Positions 10,811-24,489 of a DNA stretch of 64,000 nt are shown here, piece by piece; within the stretch, counting starts at the first letter, position 1; the number at the start of each line of letters is the position of its first letter. This DNA comes from Takakia lepidozioides (lineage: Eukaryota > Plantae > Bryophyta), in NCBI GenBank assembly GCA_030704615.1, contig CM060732.1, positions 124,001-188,000 of the forward strand, written 5' to 3'. A program made the position numbers and the translations under genes. The notes under the pieces are model-generated. The model worked only from the letters and a program-made list of their open reading frames with translations. It made no database searches and had not been told where the DNA came from.

Positions 10811-13800
10811 ATAGGTGGATATTCGAGAATGGGACTTCTCGTACCCGAGTATTTTCAAAAGTTGTTTGTGTTTGTTTTAGTTTTTAATATGTCTGCTACT
10901 TTTTCAAATTTGAATGGGTATACGTGAGGCTATCGATTATCTTTGACATATACCACATAGTCAACAAGTTCTTTAAAAAAAAAAATGAGGTAACTGAGTA
11001 TCTTTGTCTTGTTCGATCTATTTAAGCATTGAATTGTTGAAACGTCTGCACTCGGTAGTGTGCATAAATAAGAAAGGAGAGGGGGGTGGGGGGATGTGAA
11101 GTGGGAATGATTAAAAACATGATTAGTTATGGGGTCTTAAGTACAATATACGTCAAATTGGAAGTAGAAAGTTTTTTTGGCCAATATTAGTTTATATCTT
11201 TTGCTCGTTTTCGCAATCGCCTCATAGAAAATGGTGCGGTGTTTGATAATGATTTCTTGCAAAATTTGGAAAGAGTCGTAGAACCACCACACTCCATTTA
11301 ACTCCAATGTAAGCCCACAAATGGATCATGTTATTAAATCAGAATATTGTAGACAATATAATTTTGTGTCGATACTCTTACAAATGTGTCATGTTCAAAG
11401 TTGGGATGTATATTTGATAGAGGTGAGGAAGGACGAACTCTTACACGTCGATATTCTTACAGTGGTATCATATTTCATGTATATTACAGAGGCATATTTG
11501 CACATTTTTTTGGGTCGGTATTTGGAAAAATGTATCATCTTGAAGTTAAACAGCGGACCGGGTACAAATTGTTGAAGGCTTAACATATTATCAAGTGTAA
11601 CAAATTTGGACGATTTAATGTTTCGACGCATTGTAACATGTGATTGGGGGATTTCTTATTATGATTATTATTGTTCTCTGTTTTCGTTTATGTCATTAAC
11701 TACTGCTGAAACAATCATACATTTGGGCTTCAATTAATTGATATTTAAGGCATTGGAACAAATGTTACATTATTTTTATTAGCTTATCTTTATTCTAAGG
11801 ATGATACTACGCATGAGTGTCTAAAACTAAGGATCATTAAGCACAACAGCATCTGTTTCTGTGGCTATAGATTGTTGAAGACAACTTTCTTCATAATTTC
11901 GTCTGTCTCTATATAATGGATAAATTAACACGCTTTTCTCCCAAGTGTCACCTCATGTCCTCTTGAAAACTTACTTCCGTGATGTGCCTTCTCTAGGTAG
12001 CAATATGTCTATTACTGAACAACTTATGATCAACAAATGGATCCAATTTGAAATTCATTATGGATGAAAGTACATTTCACTACTTCAGAAGGAGGAGCCC
12101 ATGCGACGCCTTGCTTTTTTTATTCACTTCTCCCAAGTTTGTTGTTACATACATTGTGTGGCACATATACACCGAACCAAATTATTCTAAAAATTCAATT
12201 TTTGTTTGGGATTTGATCTACAGCTTAAGGATATAATTAATCATTGACTTGTATGAAATGTCTTCAAAGCCTTGTTATTCATGTATATCTTATTATTTAA
12301 TCAAGGTGTGCTCTGTTCGGTTTAATTTTATGAACATTTGGAAGATGTTATTATACTTTGAACCGTTGTCATAGATTGAATGGTGGTTCCCATTATAATC
12401 TGTTGTTACCTTAAAGTTATGTGTAAATGTGAATCCTACAACAAGTGTTTTTGTAACGAAAGTACTATGATTATTCCAGTATTCTTAGTGCAGGAATTGA
12501 TGAGGGATTAACTTTATTGCTTCAAAACAACATTGCATACATGTCTAACTTACGTGTTTGTCTTCCGTTTTCCTCTTCTCTATATTCCATCATTTGTTTT
12601 CTACGGACTATATATCTTAATCTACTTCTTCCACTTATATACAACTACTCATATCCATTGTATGTCCCCTCTTAGTGGCCAAACGGATCTCTTCCGTCAT
12701 TGCAACCATCCATATCTTAAGAGATGTATTGGACGGATGATATTCTCGCCACTAACAGATCCAACCAACATTTTTTAATGGCGATCTCAATATATATATT
12801 CCATCGCAAATTCTCTGTTTTGTCATGGCTAAAATTGTAAAAATTCTCCACCTAACAAATAAATTATGGCTGACTTCGTCAGATATAGATGATATAAATG
12901 GATGGAAGTATGGAGAGGGGATGATTGTGTCTTAATTTGAATAGATGAACAGATGATATGGCTATGTTTTGGAAAACTATGTAGCCACTCGTGCTATTTT
13001 ACAAATTTCAAAATAAAACTGGATCCAACATGGTATTTTGTTATCATATTATATTATCTTATTTATCGTCCAATGCCAACCAAACTAACGAAATGTTGTT
13101 ATAATTTGTGTTATTGTATTTTCAATCCATGTTCATGTTCATCACGTCACTAAATTTTGTTTGATTCTCAATATTTCATTGATGAGAACTGAAAGTACGA
13201 ATAGTAATCAGAACATAATGATCAATACACGTATATGCCAACGATGAAGTTAAATAGTAGGATGCACAAAACGGTCGTCCTGTATTAATGAGGAATTATT
13301 AAATCTAAGATCTAAATATAAATTTTATATTACACAACTATAAGCCACATATTATACATAAAAATAAGTAGATTTATGGCAAGTTTTATTATGTATTATT
13401 ATGTATGTATTTTATATTCTGTATATTAACAGTATATTCTGTATATAACGCCAACCGTAACGTCAATAAGAGCCTCTTCCCCATATGGGCACTCGGACCT
13501 TTTGGGGGTGGGCTGTATGCACTAAAGGACGTAACTATAATGTAGCTGGTTGACCACGCCTTATTGAAAATTCAAAGAATTTGTTGGGATCCATTGGTTC
13601 TTAGATGTTGTTATTTGGATTTATGTCAACTTTAGTATCATGAGCAATGGTATGAAAAGAACATGGCTGCTTTATTTACGATTATATTACATATGGTCAT
13701 ATACTACAGTTAATACATGTGCATAGCATACATCACTTTTGTGTGTTTGGGTGATTGTGCCTTACCTCTACATAACTTGCATAACATATGTGATGTAGAG

Positions 13801-14559
13801 TTCAAAGGATCCACCTGTCAACTCAAGCAATAGTCATTCCGGATGGTGAAGCACTATGATTTATACTTCCTTGGGGAGGAGTCTCTAAGAAATAGTAACA
13901 ACTATGCATGTATGTACATAAAAGACTAACTATGATAAGTTATATATAAGGTTTTATTGCTGGTAGAAAATTATTATATATGCAATTTTTTGGAATACAC
14001 AATACAATCGTATGAGGCATTTCTCAAAGATACAATCTTTATCTCTGTAATCTAGTTCCTATGGAAGTGAAAATTACTATAAAATACGAAATATGAGGTG
14101 TATTTTTTCCAAAATATTATTATCTAAAGCGTATTTTGAGTCAGTGACAATACATTAACTTATATCCCCCCTATGATCACAATTAATTAATTAATTAAAT
14201 TTTCAGTTCTAAAATTATAACTTTCAATATACTTAAAACCATGAACATTACAGGACAAATGAGTTATAGCGGTTTAGGTAATGTACAAAGTCAGTTGACC
14301 AATGTGAAGTCATTTGGTTAAAGTCCACGAAGAAAAAATATTCAATATTTACAAGCGGCATGTTGTCATTTGCAACATTTTTGTTTGTGATACTTATTGT
14401 ACAATATGGAAGTACATAAATATATTAATGATACATGTGTACAATGTCTACAACTCTGACAACCTATGCTATTTGAGGTTATATATAAGGTCTTATTGGT
14501 TATATGATATACTTATAAATGACCTACATAATATTGGGGGGTACATGTACATTGTAAAA

Positions 14560-15636
14560 ACCCTAACTGTCAACGTTTTTCATCAAGCGCATGTGCATTA
14601 TCCAGCGCACCGACATCATGATGATCACCTGAGATCATCCATGGACCATCCATCCATCCATCATCCACCGACATCATCCACCGCACAAACATCATCTTGC
14701 GCACATTTAACATCCAAAGCACCTTTATCATCGTAAGCCATTTGTTTTTTATACTGCATGTTTTTTGGAGAAGAGACCCGGCCAACTGCAAAGATGCCTT
14801 GAGTCATTGGTGGGTCCTCCATCATCGTGTGTCATTTGTTGTTTATACTGCATTATTTTCTGAGCACGGACCCGAACAGCAGAGATGCCTTCAATTAGTG
14901 GCAAAGATGCCATGAATCAGCGTTGGGTCCTTGATCTGGTCTGGTGGTCTTTTCTGAAGCCGTTGGGGAGAAGCTACTTATATCAGCCGACCATGTGCAC
15001 TGCGCTTCTACAAAGGCATCGAGGAAGGGAGTTTCACGGATTGGGGCATCCCGAGTGGTGCTGGTAGAAGTTCCCTGGAATGGAGCAGTTTGTTGGCAGA
15101 CAACCAGCGGAGTTTTATGAATCGGATAGTACTAAAAGGTTGTATTTTGCAAGACTGGTGGCTGCGCACACTACTATTACTTTGATGAATCGTGCATTTT
15201 TGGTCTCTTTCTGTACACGCAGGCTTTAGAGCAAAATGCATGATTCATCAACAGAAAAGCAGTGAGTTTTGAAACTGCTGTTTGACCACACCACTGCTGG
15301 TGAGGGCTATACTAGTATGCTCCGGGATGTGAAGTAGAAATATAGGGACAGGTTCTTCGAACCTAGCCATCTTCTGGATTTTTGGACTAACAGCTGTTGT
15401 TTTTTCCTCGAATTCAAGGTAGGTTCTTCACATATCATGAAGCTCCAGATCAACCCTTCAACCTGTACAACACCTTAACAATAACCGTAATATCTTCTGT
15501 ATATAGGCTCATGTGTGGTCTGATTTCGCAGTTAATTTCTAGTTCAAAGAGTGTAGCCGATGTACCATGTTATGCTCCCTTCTATTTAATTTCCTTAAAT
15601 TCCAGTTCCCTGTCCACGTTGAACTGGGCGCCGTTA
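14560..15636. mobile_element. ~1.1-kb insertion (solo-LTR or non-autonomous element) inside one copy of a local duplication
   Basis: Flanks 14330-14559 plus 15637-15700 align contiguously to the uninterrupted copy at ~16545-16790. TGTAAAA is present at both junctions. Confidence 0.5.
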
Positions 15637-17149
15637 TGTAAAATTGAATTTGTTAAGTCTTGTATGTATTTATGAATGATGCTATATAATATTTTATATA
15701 CATTAGAAATAAATTCATAATTATTTTTAATTATTTTCTTGACAAAGAATTATTAACCTCAATAATTCATTGTAGTGGATTAGGTGACAGACATCAAGCG
15801 TTTCCTACCAATGGCTCAAAATTCAAATGCGTTTTCACTACCACCCGCCACGTTGCAGCGTGGTTTTCAGTTCATATTTGTACGATGCCTAAGTCTCTAG
15901 TTGATTTTGTCGCCGGGGTGTGTAGAAGAATTCCACAAATTAATATGAGAGCCTCTAGCCGTCCAGTTGGAGGACCAAGCTGCGTGTGAATCAGAATGTC
16001 GCATACAAAGGATGTTGCACCGGTCCCACGAGGAGTTGAAATCGTGAAGAAGAATTGATTGTCTTTTTTCAAAATATCTAATCTAATAGATGCAAAACAC
16101 ACATCCCTCATTTTATCTCCTTTAACAAACAAATAAACAAAAATCATGTGCAAAGCTATTGTGATCGGTGGATCTTCTATGGGATTGGAAACGCTTACAA
16201 CAACTTTTCCATAAGTGCTAGAGAGCTGTGACATGTCCAGACAACACAAGAACTCCAGATGCATCAATCAGATGCAACTCCATCCAAACGGGACAAAGGT
16301 CGAGTTACTCAAATTAAAAAGATAGAGGAAAAAATTAACCTAAACAGGGCCATAATGTAACATTAATTGAAAGAAGATTTTTTTAATTGAACTACATGTC
16401 ATTCCTAGCCATGTGATATAGGTAGACCCCACCCATTCATTTACTTTTGGGTTTTAGTACTTCAATGTGAAAAGAAACATTGTTTTTGGGATTTAGGTGG
16501 GTGGGCATTGCTTTGTGTAGTCTAGTGGAGGAGACAATAGCTCCATGAAGAAAAAGCACACAATATTTACAAGTGATATGTTGTCATTTGCAATATATAT
16601 ACATATATATATATATTTTTGTGATGTTACTTGTTTGTATAAGTACTTCATCTTGGTTATATGATATACTTATTATAAATGACCTACATAATATTGGGGG
16701 GTACGCGTGTCATGTACATTGTAGAAATAAAAATTAAATTGTTAAATCTTATACCTATTTATAAATGATGCTATATAATCTTTTATATTTCGTTTGTCAC
16801 ATCCTTGTGATTTTTTATTGAGAACATTGCATTGCATGTCTAGCAATACAAAACATTCTAAGTTTTATGAACACAATATTTCAAACATTTATAAGTATTT
16901 AAGTGAAATGCATTAACTATATATCTATATATCATATCTAAATCATGCAGCCTATGTATAGGTCACTCGGGATATTTTTGAGTTCATGCGATACACATAA
17001 ATGATCAATATAATAATAGGAGGTGCATGTTAGAACTTAGAATGAATATTGAATTATAAAATCGAATCTGTATATTAAAATGATATTTGCTATTCATTTT
17101 TTCAATTTGATCTCCCAAATCCATGTGTTTTTTAAATTTAAAACAACTT

Positions 17150-19150
17150 ATGCACGACAATGAAAAGGAAGAACAAATCTGGAGCGGCACATGAAGGGGA
17201 GAATGAGAGAAGTGACAATCAGGAAGGGGTGCAACACGATGAGGAGCTGATCGCAGCAATAGCAAACAAGAGAAGGATGCAGGCCTGATACATGAAGGAG
17301 AGACACATCAGTGGAAAGAGAAACCAGGGTGGAGATACCTAGCCGACCATGAGGGCAATGGCTGGAAAAAGATAAACAAGGGCTGGAAATATGAAGGCAA
17401 CAAACACGTGAGGAAGACATTACCTGAGAGGCTGGAGCACAAAAGAGAGGAAGGTAAAGTACTTCACTTGTGAAGGAGGTGAAGAATGGGAAGACGAGGC
17501 GGACAACTGGCTGCCTGAAAGAGAAGGAAGGTTGAGGGAACATCTGCCAAGACGACCACATGGTGAGAAACAAGCAAGCGAAGATCTGCCTTTTGTTGGA
17601 GTGGTGCAAACCAGGGCAAGGATGGAAACGGAGCCAGAAGGACAAAGTCTGGTGGGGAATGATGAGCAAGGCTTGCCTGAAAAGCGAATAGACGGGTGCA
17701 GCAACAAGGGTAAGGAGAAGTACTTATCTGAAACGAAGACTGGGGACCTGGAGGATGGAGCCAGCAGCAGCTCATCCGGTAGTGAGAAGAACAATGGTGA
17801 CTACCTGCCAAAAAAGGGGAAGTCAGCCGAGAGTGAAGAAGATCTATGGGGGGGAGCATTTCAGCAGCACACATTGCTACAAATGGCAGCTGAAGAAGGC
17901 TCAACAAAGGAGATGGAGGAAGATTGCCAGCCTGATCGGGAAGAACACGAACCTGATATCTTCAATGATGTGCAAGCTATGCTCTTACTCACATTTGGGG
18001 AGGTCAATGATTACCTCACTCGGGAAGAACAAAAGAGGGTGATGCGTGCTCACCATTACCAATGGAAGGAAGGAATGCTTCTCTACTGAGGGTTGATTGT
18101 GCTAACACCAAAAGAGAGAGAGGAGCTCATTTGCCGCATGCATCGAGAGATGGGACACTTTGGGGTCAAACGCGTGCAAGCTGAAATCTGCAAGAGGTTC
18201 TTTTGGCACAACCGGACTAGGCAAATACGGGAGGTGTTACAAACCTGCAAACGATGTCAGGCAGCTAGGGTTTCAGGTCCGTTAAGATCTAGGGGAAACA
18301 AACTTTGAAGCATTCCTATCAAGGACCTTTTCTATAGGATTGCAATGGATACTGCAGGACCATTACCCAAGACTAAGGAAGTGAACCACTTTGTGCTCAT
18401 TGCGGTGGGGACCATTTCTCCAAATGGGTGGAAGTTGCACCAGTGGTAGCACACAGCTGCAATGGCGGCTAGATTTCTTGAGGAGCACATCATTTACCTC
18501 GCGCAGTGTTGACAGATCAAGGGAGTGAGTGGAAGGGCGAATTCAAAGAGGTATGCGAGCGATTTGGCATCAAGCAGGAGTATTCGGCACCCTACTGGCC
18601 GCAGTGCAATGGCATGGCGGAAAGGCTCATGAAGACGCTCAAACAAAGCATAGTAACACTAGGAGGAGAGACGGGGTGTGAGTGAGATCGTGACCTGTAT
18701 CGCTCAGCATTTGGGTACAGATTCGGAATCCAAGCTTGAACCCGCTACTCACCATTCGAGCGATTGAGAGGCAACTCCGTGACAATGTCAAAAGGGCACA
18801 AACGTAGCAACAGAGGGGATGTGCTGCCAAACACAAACATCACAAGGAATTTAGGGAGCTGCCAAATCAAAGTCTGGTAATGATGTTGAGACCAGAAAGG
18901 GAAGATGGAAGATCTCTGGGAAGGCCCATACCTGCTAATAGGGCACGAAGAAGCGCACGATGCAGGAAATGATGAAGGAGCCAGAGTGTGTATCTTGCAG
19001 GATGGAGCAGGGAAACAATGGAAGCGGAAGTGCCGTGATTTGAAGAAGTTGCGAACCATGGGTGACACTGGCACACAGGAAAAAGAGACCTCCGCGGACG
19101 GAGGTAGTCAAAGAATGGAGAGCTTAACAACTGTAGGGCAATGCTGAGTC
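17150..19150 (+). mobile_element. Degenerate Ty3/Gypsy pol fragment (integrase HHCC zinc finger and catalytic core)
   Basis: HREMGHFG..FFWHNR..CKRCQ (18093-18308), then MDTAGPLP..DHFSKWVE..TDQGSEW..PQCNGMAERL, broken by frameshifts. Confidence 0.8.
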
Positions 19151-20610
19151 CCGCGATTTTGAGTTGCGATTTTCAAGCTAAGTGTCGGAGTGTCGGGAGG
19201 AAGCCAATACACCTCACGGATAAAGCAGGAATGAAAGGGGCTGATGGATGGAAAATGAGCACACCTAGTTGATGATCGTGGATGACGGGTGGATGAACGG
19301 ACTCGACAGTTGGTCGTCACTGGGTGGATGAATAAGTAAGCATAGCTGGATGACAGACAGATGAATGAAGGTGGTAATTAGCATAGAAAGGTGTGCTTAT
19401 TCATCCGTATGGATGAAAAGAAGTAGTTGCAGAAAACCTAGGGGGGCATGAGTATTATCAGTGTGCAGGGTAGACGAAAGGGGGATAATTACCCGTGAGT
19501 AAAAGAAGCCGAGAGCAATGGGTTAGCCATGGAATTAGTGGTCTCTCAGCGCACCGTCCGCTGTGGATAGGGGCACCGGGGAATAATATAAGCGGGTAGT
19601 AAGCATGATCGGGGGGCTTGGACTTGTGAGCAATGTGTGAGAGATGGGCTGGTGCAGTCCGGACTGATTAGGCAGTAAATGGTGATCCTTTGGTGCATAT
19701 GGTGGAGGTCTTGTCTCTTGGGATGCGATGTTTGGGGCATATAGATGGATCAGATGTTTGAGGATTGGGGGTTGGAATTTGAGACAAGGACTTAGGATGA
19801 CTCATGCTCACATCAGATTATGCCAGAACTAGAGCAGGTTGTTGTTATGATCTTCAGATTATTGGTTTGAAGGAAACATCGTGGCACTTAGAGCACAAAT
19901 AGACTTATACCAGTACACTCACGGCAACGAATAGGTGTTGATTCATTTCTAGAGTGTCCACTTCATTGTAAAGTGAAGAGCTTAGCATCATGATGTTCCC
20001 AACATAGAACTCGGCCCATCTAGTTGAGATTATTCATGATCAGTTGCATGACAAAAGAAATACACATGGGTGTTGTGGACTGAATGGGAAGTGGGGTGCA
20101 AAGGAAATTCTGGAGCAGAAATTCATGAGGTGCCACCTACCTGCGAACCACCGGGGTGCAACCCAAGAGGAGTATACTGACTGACCAGCCAAGGGGGCGT
20201 GTCGTGACAGAAGGCTTCATGGATCCCATGTCAAAAGTAGCATGCCTTGATTCAGAGGCAGCTGGAGAATCACTGGGCATGAAGGGGGATGATTGTGCAA
20301 TTGATCTTGGTTCCCCTCGGGTTGTCCCTACCACTCCCCATTATTTGTTGAAGAAGAATTACCAACCACCTGGTGTTTCTACCTTCCAATGGGCGGCCAA
20401 GCAATCAGAAGACAAATATATAATCTGAGAGATAAAAATAGAGAAGCTTCCCAGTCACATCCATATCTTCTCTTCTGCTGCAGCGTGGATGAGGACACAT
20501 GAACTCTGATCATGAACAATATGTAGGGTTTTTAAGCTGTGTGTCGGTCTTGGACTAGCAAGTGGATGCTACACTAGAAGGAACAGTTTGAGAATTATCT
20601 AGAAGGGGAT

Positions 20611-22394
20611 TTATGCCCCTTCTTTTTTCACACTACAGCAGTACAAGAGGCAGATGGACTCAGAAACGCCTACATGACAGCACTTGCAAAGAAATGCCCC
20701 ACTAAATTGGACCCATGCTCCAACCTTAAGGACCCCGTTTGCAATTTGCCATAGGAAAGCACTGTGTTTTGCAAGACGGGTTTTGGTCCAGATCAGAGAC
20801 CAAATGTAGCTCCAATTCTCGGCAACAAAGCGGAATCCATAACATCTACTCTCCCACTTGCTCGTAAGCAGAGGGGCTGACATTAGAGCACGGTAAGCTT
20901 GTTTTGTTGTATATTGGAAAAATGATGAGGAAGGAGATTGGAATTTCCAAGACCATTCCTTAGGATCAATGTGCAACCCTATGGTTGGGACACCATCCAA
21001 CCATATGAGGGATGCTCGTGAGAGCCAATCAGTAGATTGCATGTTGTCAGGGCAGACAGGGTCAAGGTCTTTGTTCTTGGAGGACCAAAGGCATACCCTG
21101 ATGGGAGTAAATTGACCCCCAGTAAGATGGCAGGGTACTCCATCAATGAGCTGTAATCTGTGAGTGAAAGCTTGTTTATGAAGATGACGACCCGTGAGAT
21201 GAGAGGGGCTGCTCTGTAATATGTAAGTGGCCCAGTCAAGATGAGCTTGGCAGGTGATCCAGTCTCCTATCTTGGCGGGCATAGGGCCAGCGTTAAGAAG
21301 GGCCATCCCAGATGGGGAGATTGATTGGATGATACCATTTGCACCCACAAGTTGTTGAATGAGGGGCAAAGGTAAGAAGTCATGGCCAGACCAGATAGGC
21401 TTTGATTTGCAAAATTCCATTGCGATCCCATATAACCCATCTCCTAGCTTGTTGCCTCTGGAAGCCAGAAGGAGTGTTGGTGGTAAGGAAAATGAATTGT
21501 CTCATGACCTCCTCATAAGTTGTGGGTTCAGTTTTTTGGAGAAGAGAGCTAATGTCCTTCCAGTTGGTCTAGATGGCACGCCATAGAGGGGAACCAGACA
21601 TTTTGTGGCTAAACCCTTGGGCAATCCATCGGGTAGAGAGACCCCAAAATTGGTTTTTGAGGGGAGAATTGTTTGAAATGTGTTGATGCTTTCTTGAAGT
21701 CTAGGAGAAGGAGAGCAATTGCTTGGTTGGAGGCAGCAGCAAATGCCGGGGCTTCCGGGGCGAGAAGGATGTTGTCCAAAATATATCTGCCTTTTAAGAA
21801 GCCAGTCTGGTTCTGCCTGATGATAGAGGGCAAGAGGGCGAGAGTTTTGGCAATGATTTTGTAGGAAACATTAAGCAATGTGATAGGTCTGCAATTGGAT
21901 AGTAGTTGCCTATCACCTTTTTAATACAAGAGAGCAATAAGGCCTTGATGGCATCGAATTGGAAGACTTAACCGCGTTGGCCATGTTACAAAAGTCCAGG
22001 GAAATATGCTCCCACATGGCTTTGTAAAATTCCACCGGCATTCCGTCAAGGCCGGGGGACTTATGGTTGGCCATGGTTTTAAGGGCCTTGTGTAGTTCAG
22101 TTTCAGTGAGAATGCCATCAAGGGAGGTAGCTTGGAGTGCCGATAACTTCGTTTGGTGGTGTTGGAGACATTGTGCCCTGGCTGCGTCAATACTGGAAGA
22201 AGGCTCTCTTTGCGTGAAAAGGGATGAAAAGTGGAGGCATGCAATTCTAACCATTTCTTTGGGATCAGAGTGGACGGAGCCTTGCTGATCCCTAAGCTCT
22301 GCAATTGTTTGGGAGTTTCTGCGAACCTGGACCTTTTCAAAAACGTATTTGGTCATTTTCCCCTTGGGATGACCAGTTCATATCAGCCTGCATT
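20611..22394 (-). mobile_element. L1-type LINE fragment (N-terminal half of RT plus C-terminal zinc-binding region), internally deleted
   Basis: NHKSPGLDGMPVEFYK, RPITLLNVSYKIIAK, QTGFLKGRYILDN..LLLDFKKA, then FLWQIANGVL..CKCC. Truncated by the MULE TIR at 22395. Confidence 0.88.
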
Positions 22395-24489
22395 GAGGTT
22401 AGCTATTTCATGAGCATGAGCGGCATGAGCGGAGTAGTAAGACAATCGGTTTTCATGAGCAGAAGTACAAATTTTGGAAACAAAAAACATTAAAAAACAT
22501 TATTTAAATGGAATGTGTCAGAACAAAACTAATATAATATTCATTTTTTGAAGCTGAAATCGTAGTTTGCTCATGATATTTCCTCTTCCACTCATGGAAA
22601 TTCCGAGCGACATCTGCAAAAATGGCACCGAATTTCGCGATAAGAGGTTCTGCAACCGAAGAAAACTGCGACGTATTTCGCGGTAATAGGTGCCTCTGGC
22701 GAAAAATGGTGCCGAATTTCGCGGCTATAGGTCCCAACATGCCAGGTGTGTTACCCCAAAATTTTGAAATGTGGCGCCGAATTTCGGTAGATGGTGCTGG
22801 GGATTGCACAGATGTTGGGCAGTTCTGGGCCATGTAACTGGAAATTCGGTGCCATTTTTCTAGACATCGTTCCCGTACATGTTGGGACTTAGCCAATTTT
22901 CGGCCCAAAATATGGAAATTCGGCGCCATTTTTCCAGAAATGGCCTCCACAACTGCTACTGTTGAAACTCAGTTTTTTGGAAGATCTACAAATTTTTCCT
23001 GCCGCCATCTTACTATGGATTCTGTTTCGACATCGAATTGCCACTAGACGTCAACGGATATCCAGAAGTCCATAGTGTTTAAAAGAGATTACTTTAAATC
23101 GCAAAAACAAAATAAAATAAAACGTGGGAACAGGGAACCAAACGAAACCAATTGAAAATAGTTTTTCCTTGTATTTGTTTCCATTTAAGGTCATATATTA
23201 TATTTACAGAGCCTGTTTGGCCATATCTTTGTCATATGAGCTTCGTTTGACGCAGTTTTTGGGGGGATACCTACAGATTGTGGAAATCTACATATTTTAG
23301 TTTTTTGGACTCTGCTAAAAATCTATGGAATGTTTTGAATGTGAGTGTGAGTGTGCTATGAAAGATCCACAATTCTGTTTCTAGAACCTGTTGTGGTCTA
23401 CATGAGAGACAAGTCTGTGGATGTCCTCCTTGTATGGCTGGGGGCAATGAGGACGTAATTGAAGGGCAGGTCTCTTCTCTTAGCCTGTGCACATAAGGAG
23501 ACAAGATTTATGTTTCTCAAGGAACTCAGACTGATTTGAGTGGAGAACAGTTGGACGAGTTGATTGCATACTGGGAGTCAGGCATTAGCAATAGACAAGA
23601 AACTGCCGTAGTTGGCGTTGAGGGCCTCAATATTGCTTTGGACAGTCAGAACTCTGTTGGAGCAAGCAGTTCTGCAGCTGTAGGTGAAATACCAAAGTGG
23701 GTGGAAGCTAGGCTTGGAACACAGCCAAAGACAACCCCGGGGACCAAGGTGTTCAGCCACAAGACCGTGATGTACTAGAGCAGAGGAGCAGGAGCTGCAC
23801 AAGTTTTTGCAATCAGACGTGGTTGCAGCCGGACACGCTCTGCACGAGGCAACCACGAACGGGGGTTCATTAACAACGAACAGTTTGTTCTTCTTGAAGG
23901 AGATGCAGTCATTCGCAACGAGGACACCCGCAACCGTCTCAAAGCTTTCGAGTTGAGAGACTGTCAGACCCTACCTTTATTTTCTTTAGTATTCAGTGAG
24001 CGGGAGATAAGGGAGTATTGTTTTGTCTCTACCTGGCAGAGAGAAGAGGAGGGTTGGTTAGAGCGAGCTACTGTAGCTTGGGATAAGGTTAGAGGCAGGT
24101 TTTTGGATATAGATATATCTCCCACACCTTACCATCATGCAGAGCGAGGCACTTTGAGAGAAGTCTGGCAGTTGATAGCATAGATCAGAATTAGATCTTG
24201 ATGGTCGGACCTCTATTCTTCCCCTCCATCTCTTTATTATTTTCATTACTTTGTACTTGTAGTTGCCAAAGCCTCTCTTGGTGGAGGCCAGTCAGTCCGG
24301 GGTTTTTGGGCTGGGGTATTCTGCAGGAGCAGCACTGCGGAGGGATTTTGGTGTGGGGGTGTTGATGTTTTGGTTTCTTGTGTTTGGATCCCACCCACAC
24401 TTGCATGCTTGACTGTGCGCCATGTTGGTTTTGTGTGGGCGCTTGCTTTCATAGGGATTAGGCCGGATTTGATCACCGGTCAATCCTAG

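Larger units (their letters stand above)
9778..11112 (+). repeat. Dispersed repeat copy (inverted partner of 1-2095), AT-rich, with further partial copies at ~11360-11510 and ~12300-12450
   Basis: Direct sequence similarity, e.g. gatactctt..gttgggatg..tttgatag..agtggtatcat occurs at 9855-9995 and again at 11370-11510. Confidence 0.75.

Noticed and set aside
15872-16267. 131-aa ORF
   Set aside because: No recognisable motif, splice structure or homolog in the window.
20137-20430. Possible orphan exon on the minus strand
   Set aside because: Plausible splice sites, but stops in the candidate frames and no identifiable product.
22504-22950. 148-aa ORF and its counterpart at 31811-32359
   Set aside because: Both lie inside the MULE TIRs, are made of short repeated DNA motifs and show no recognisable domain.
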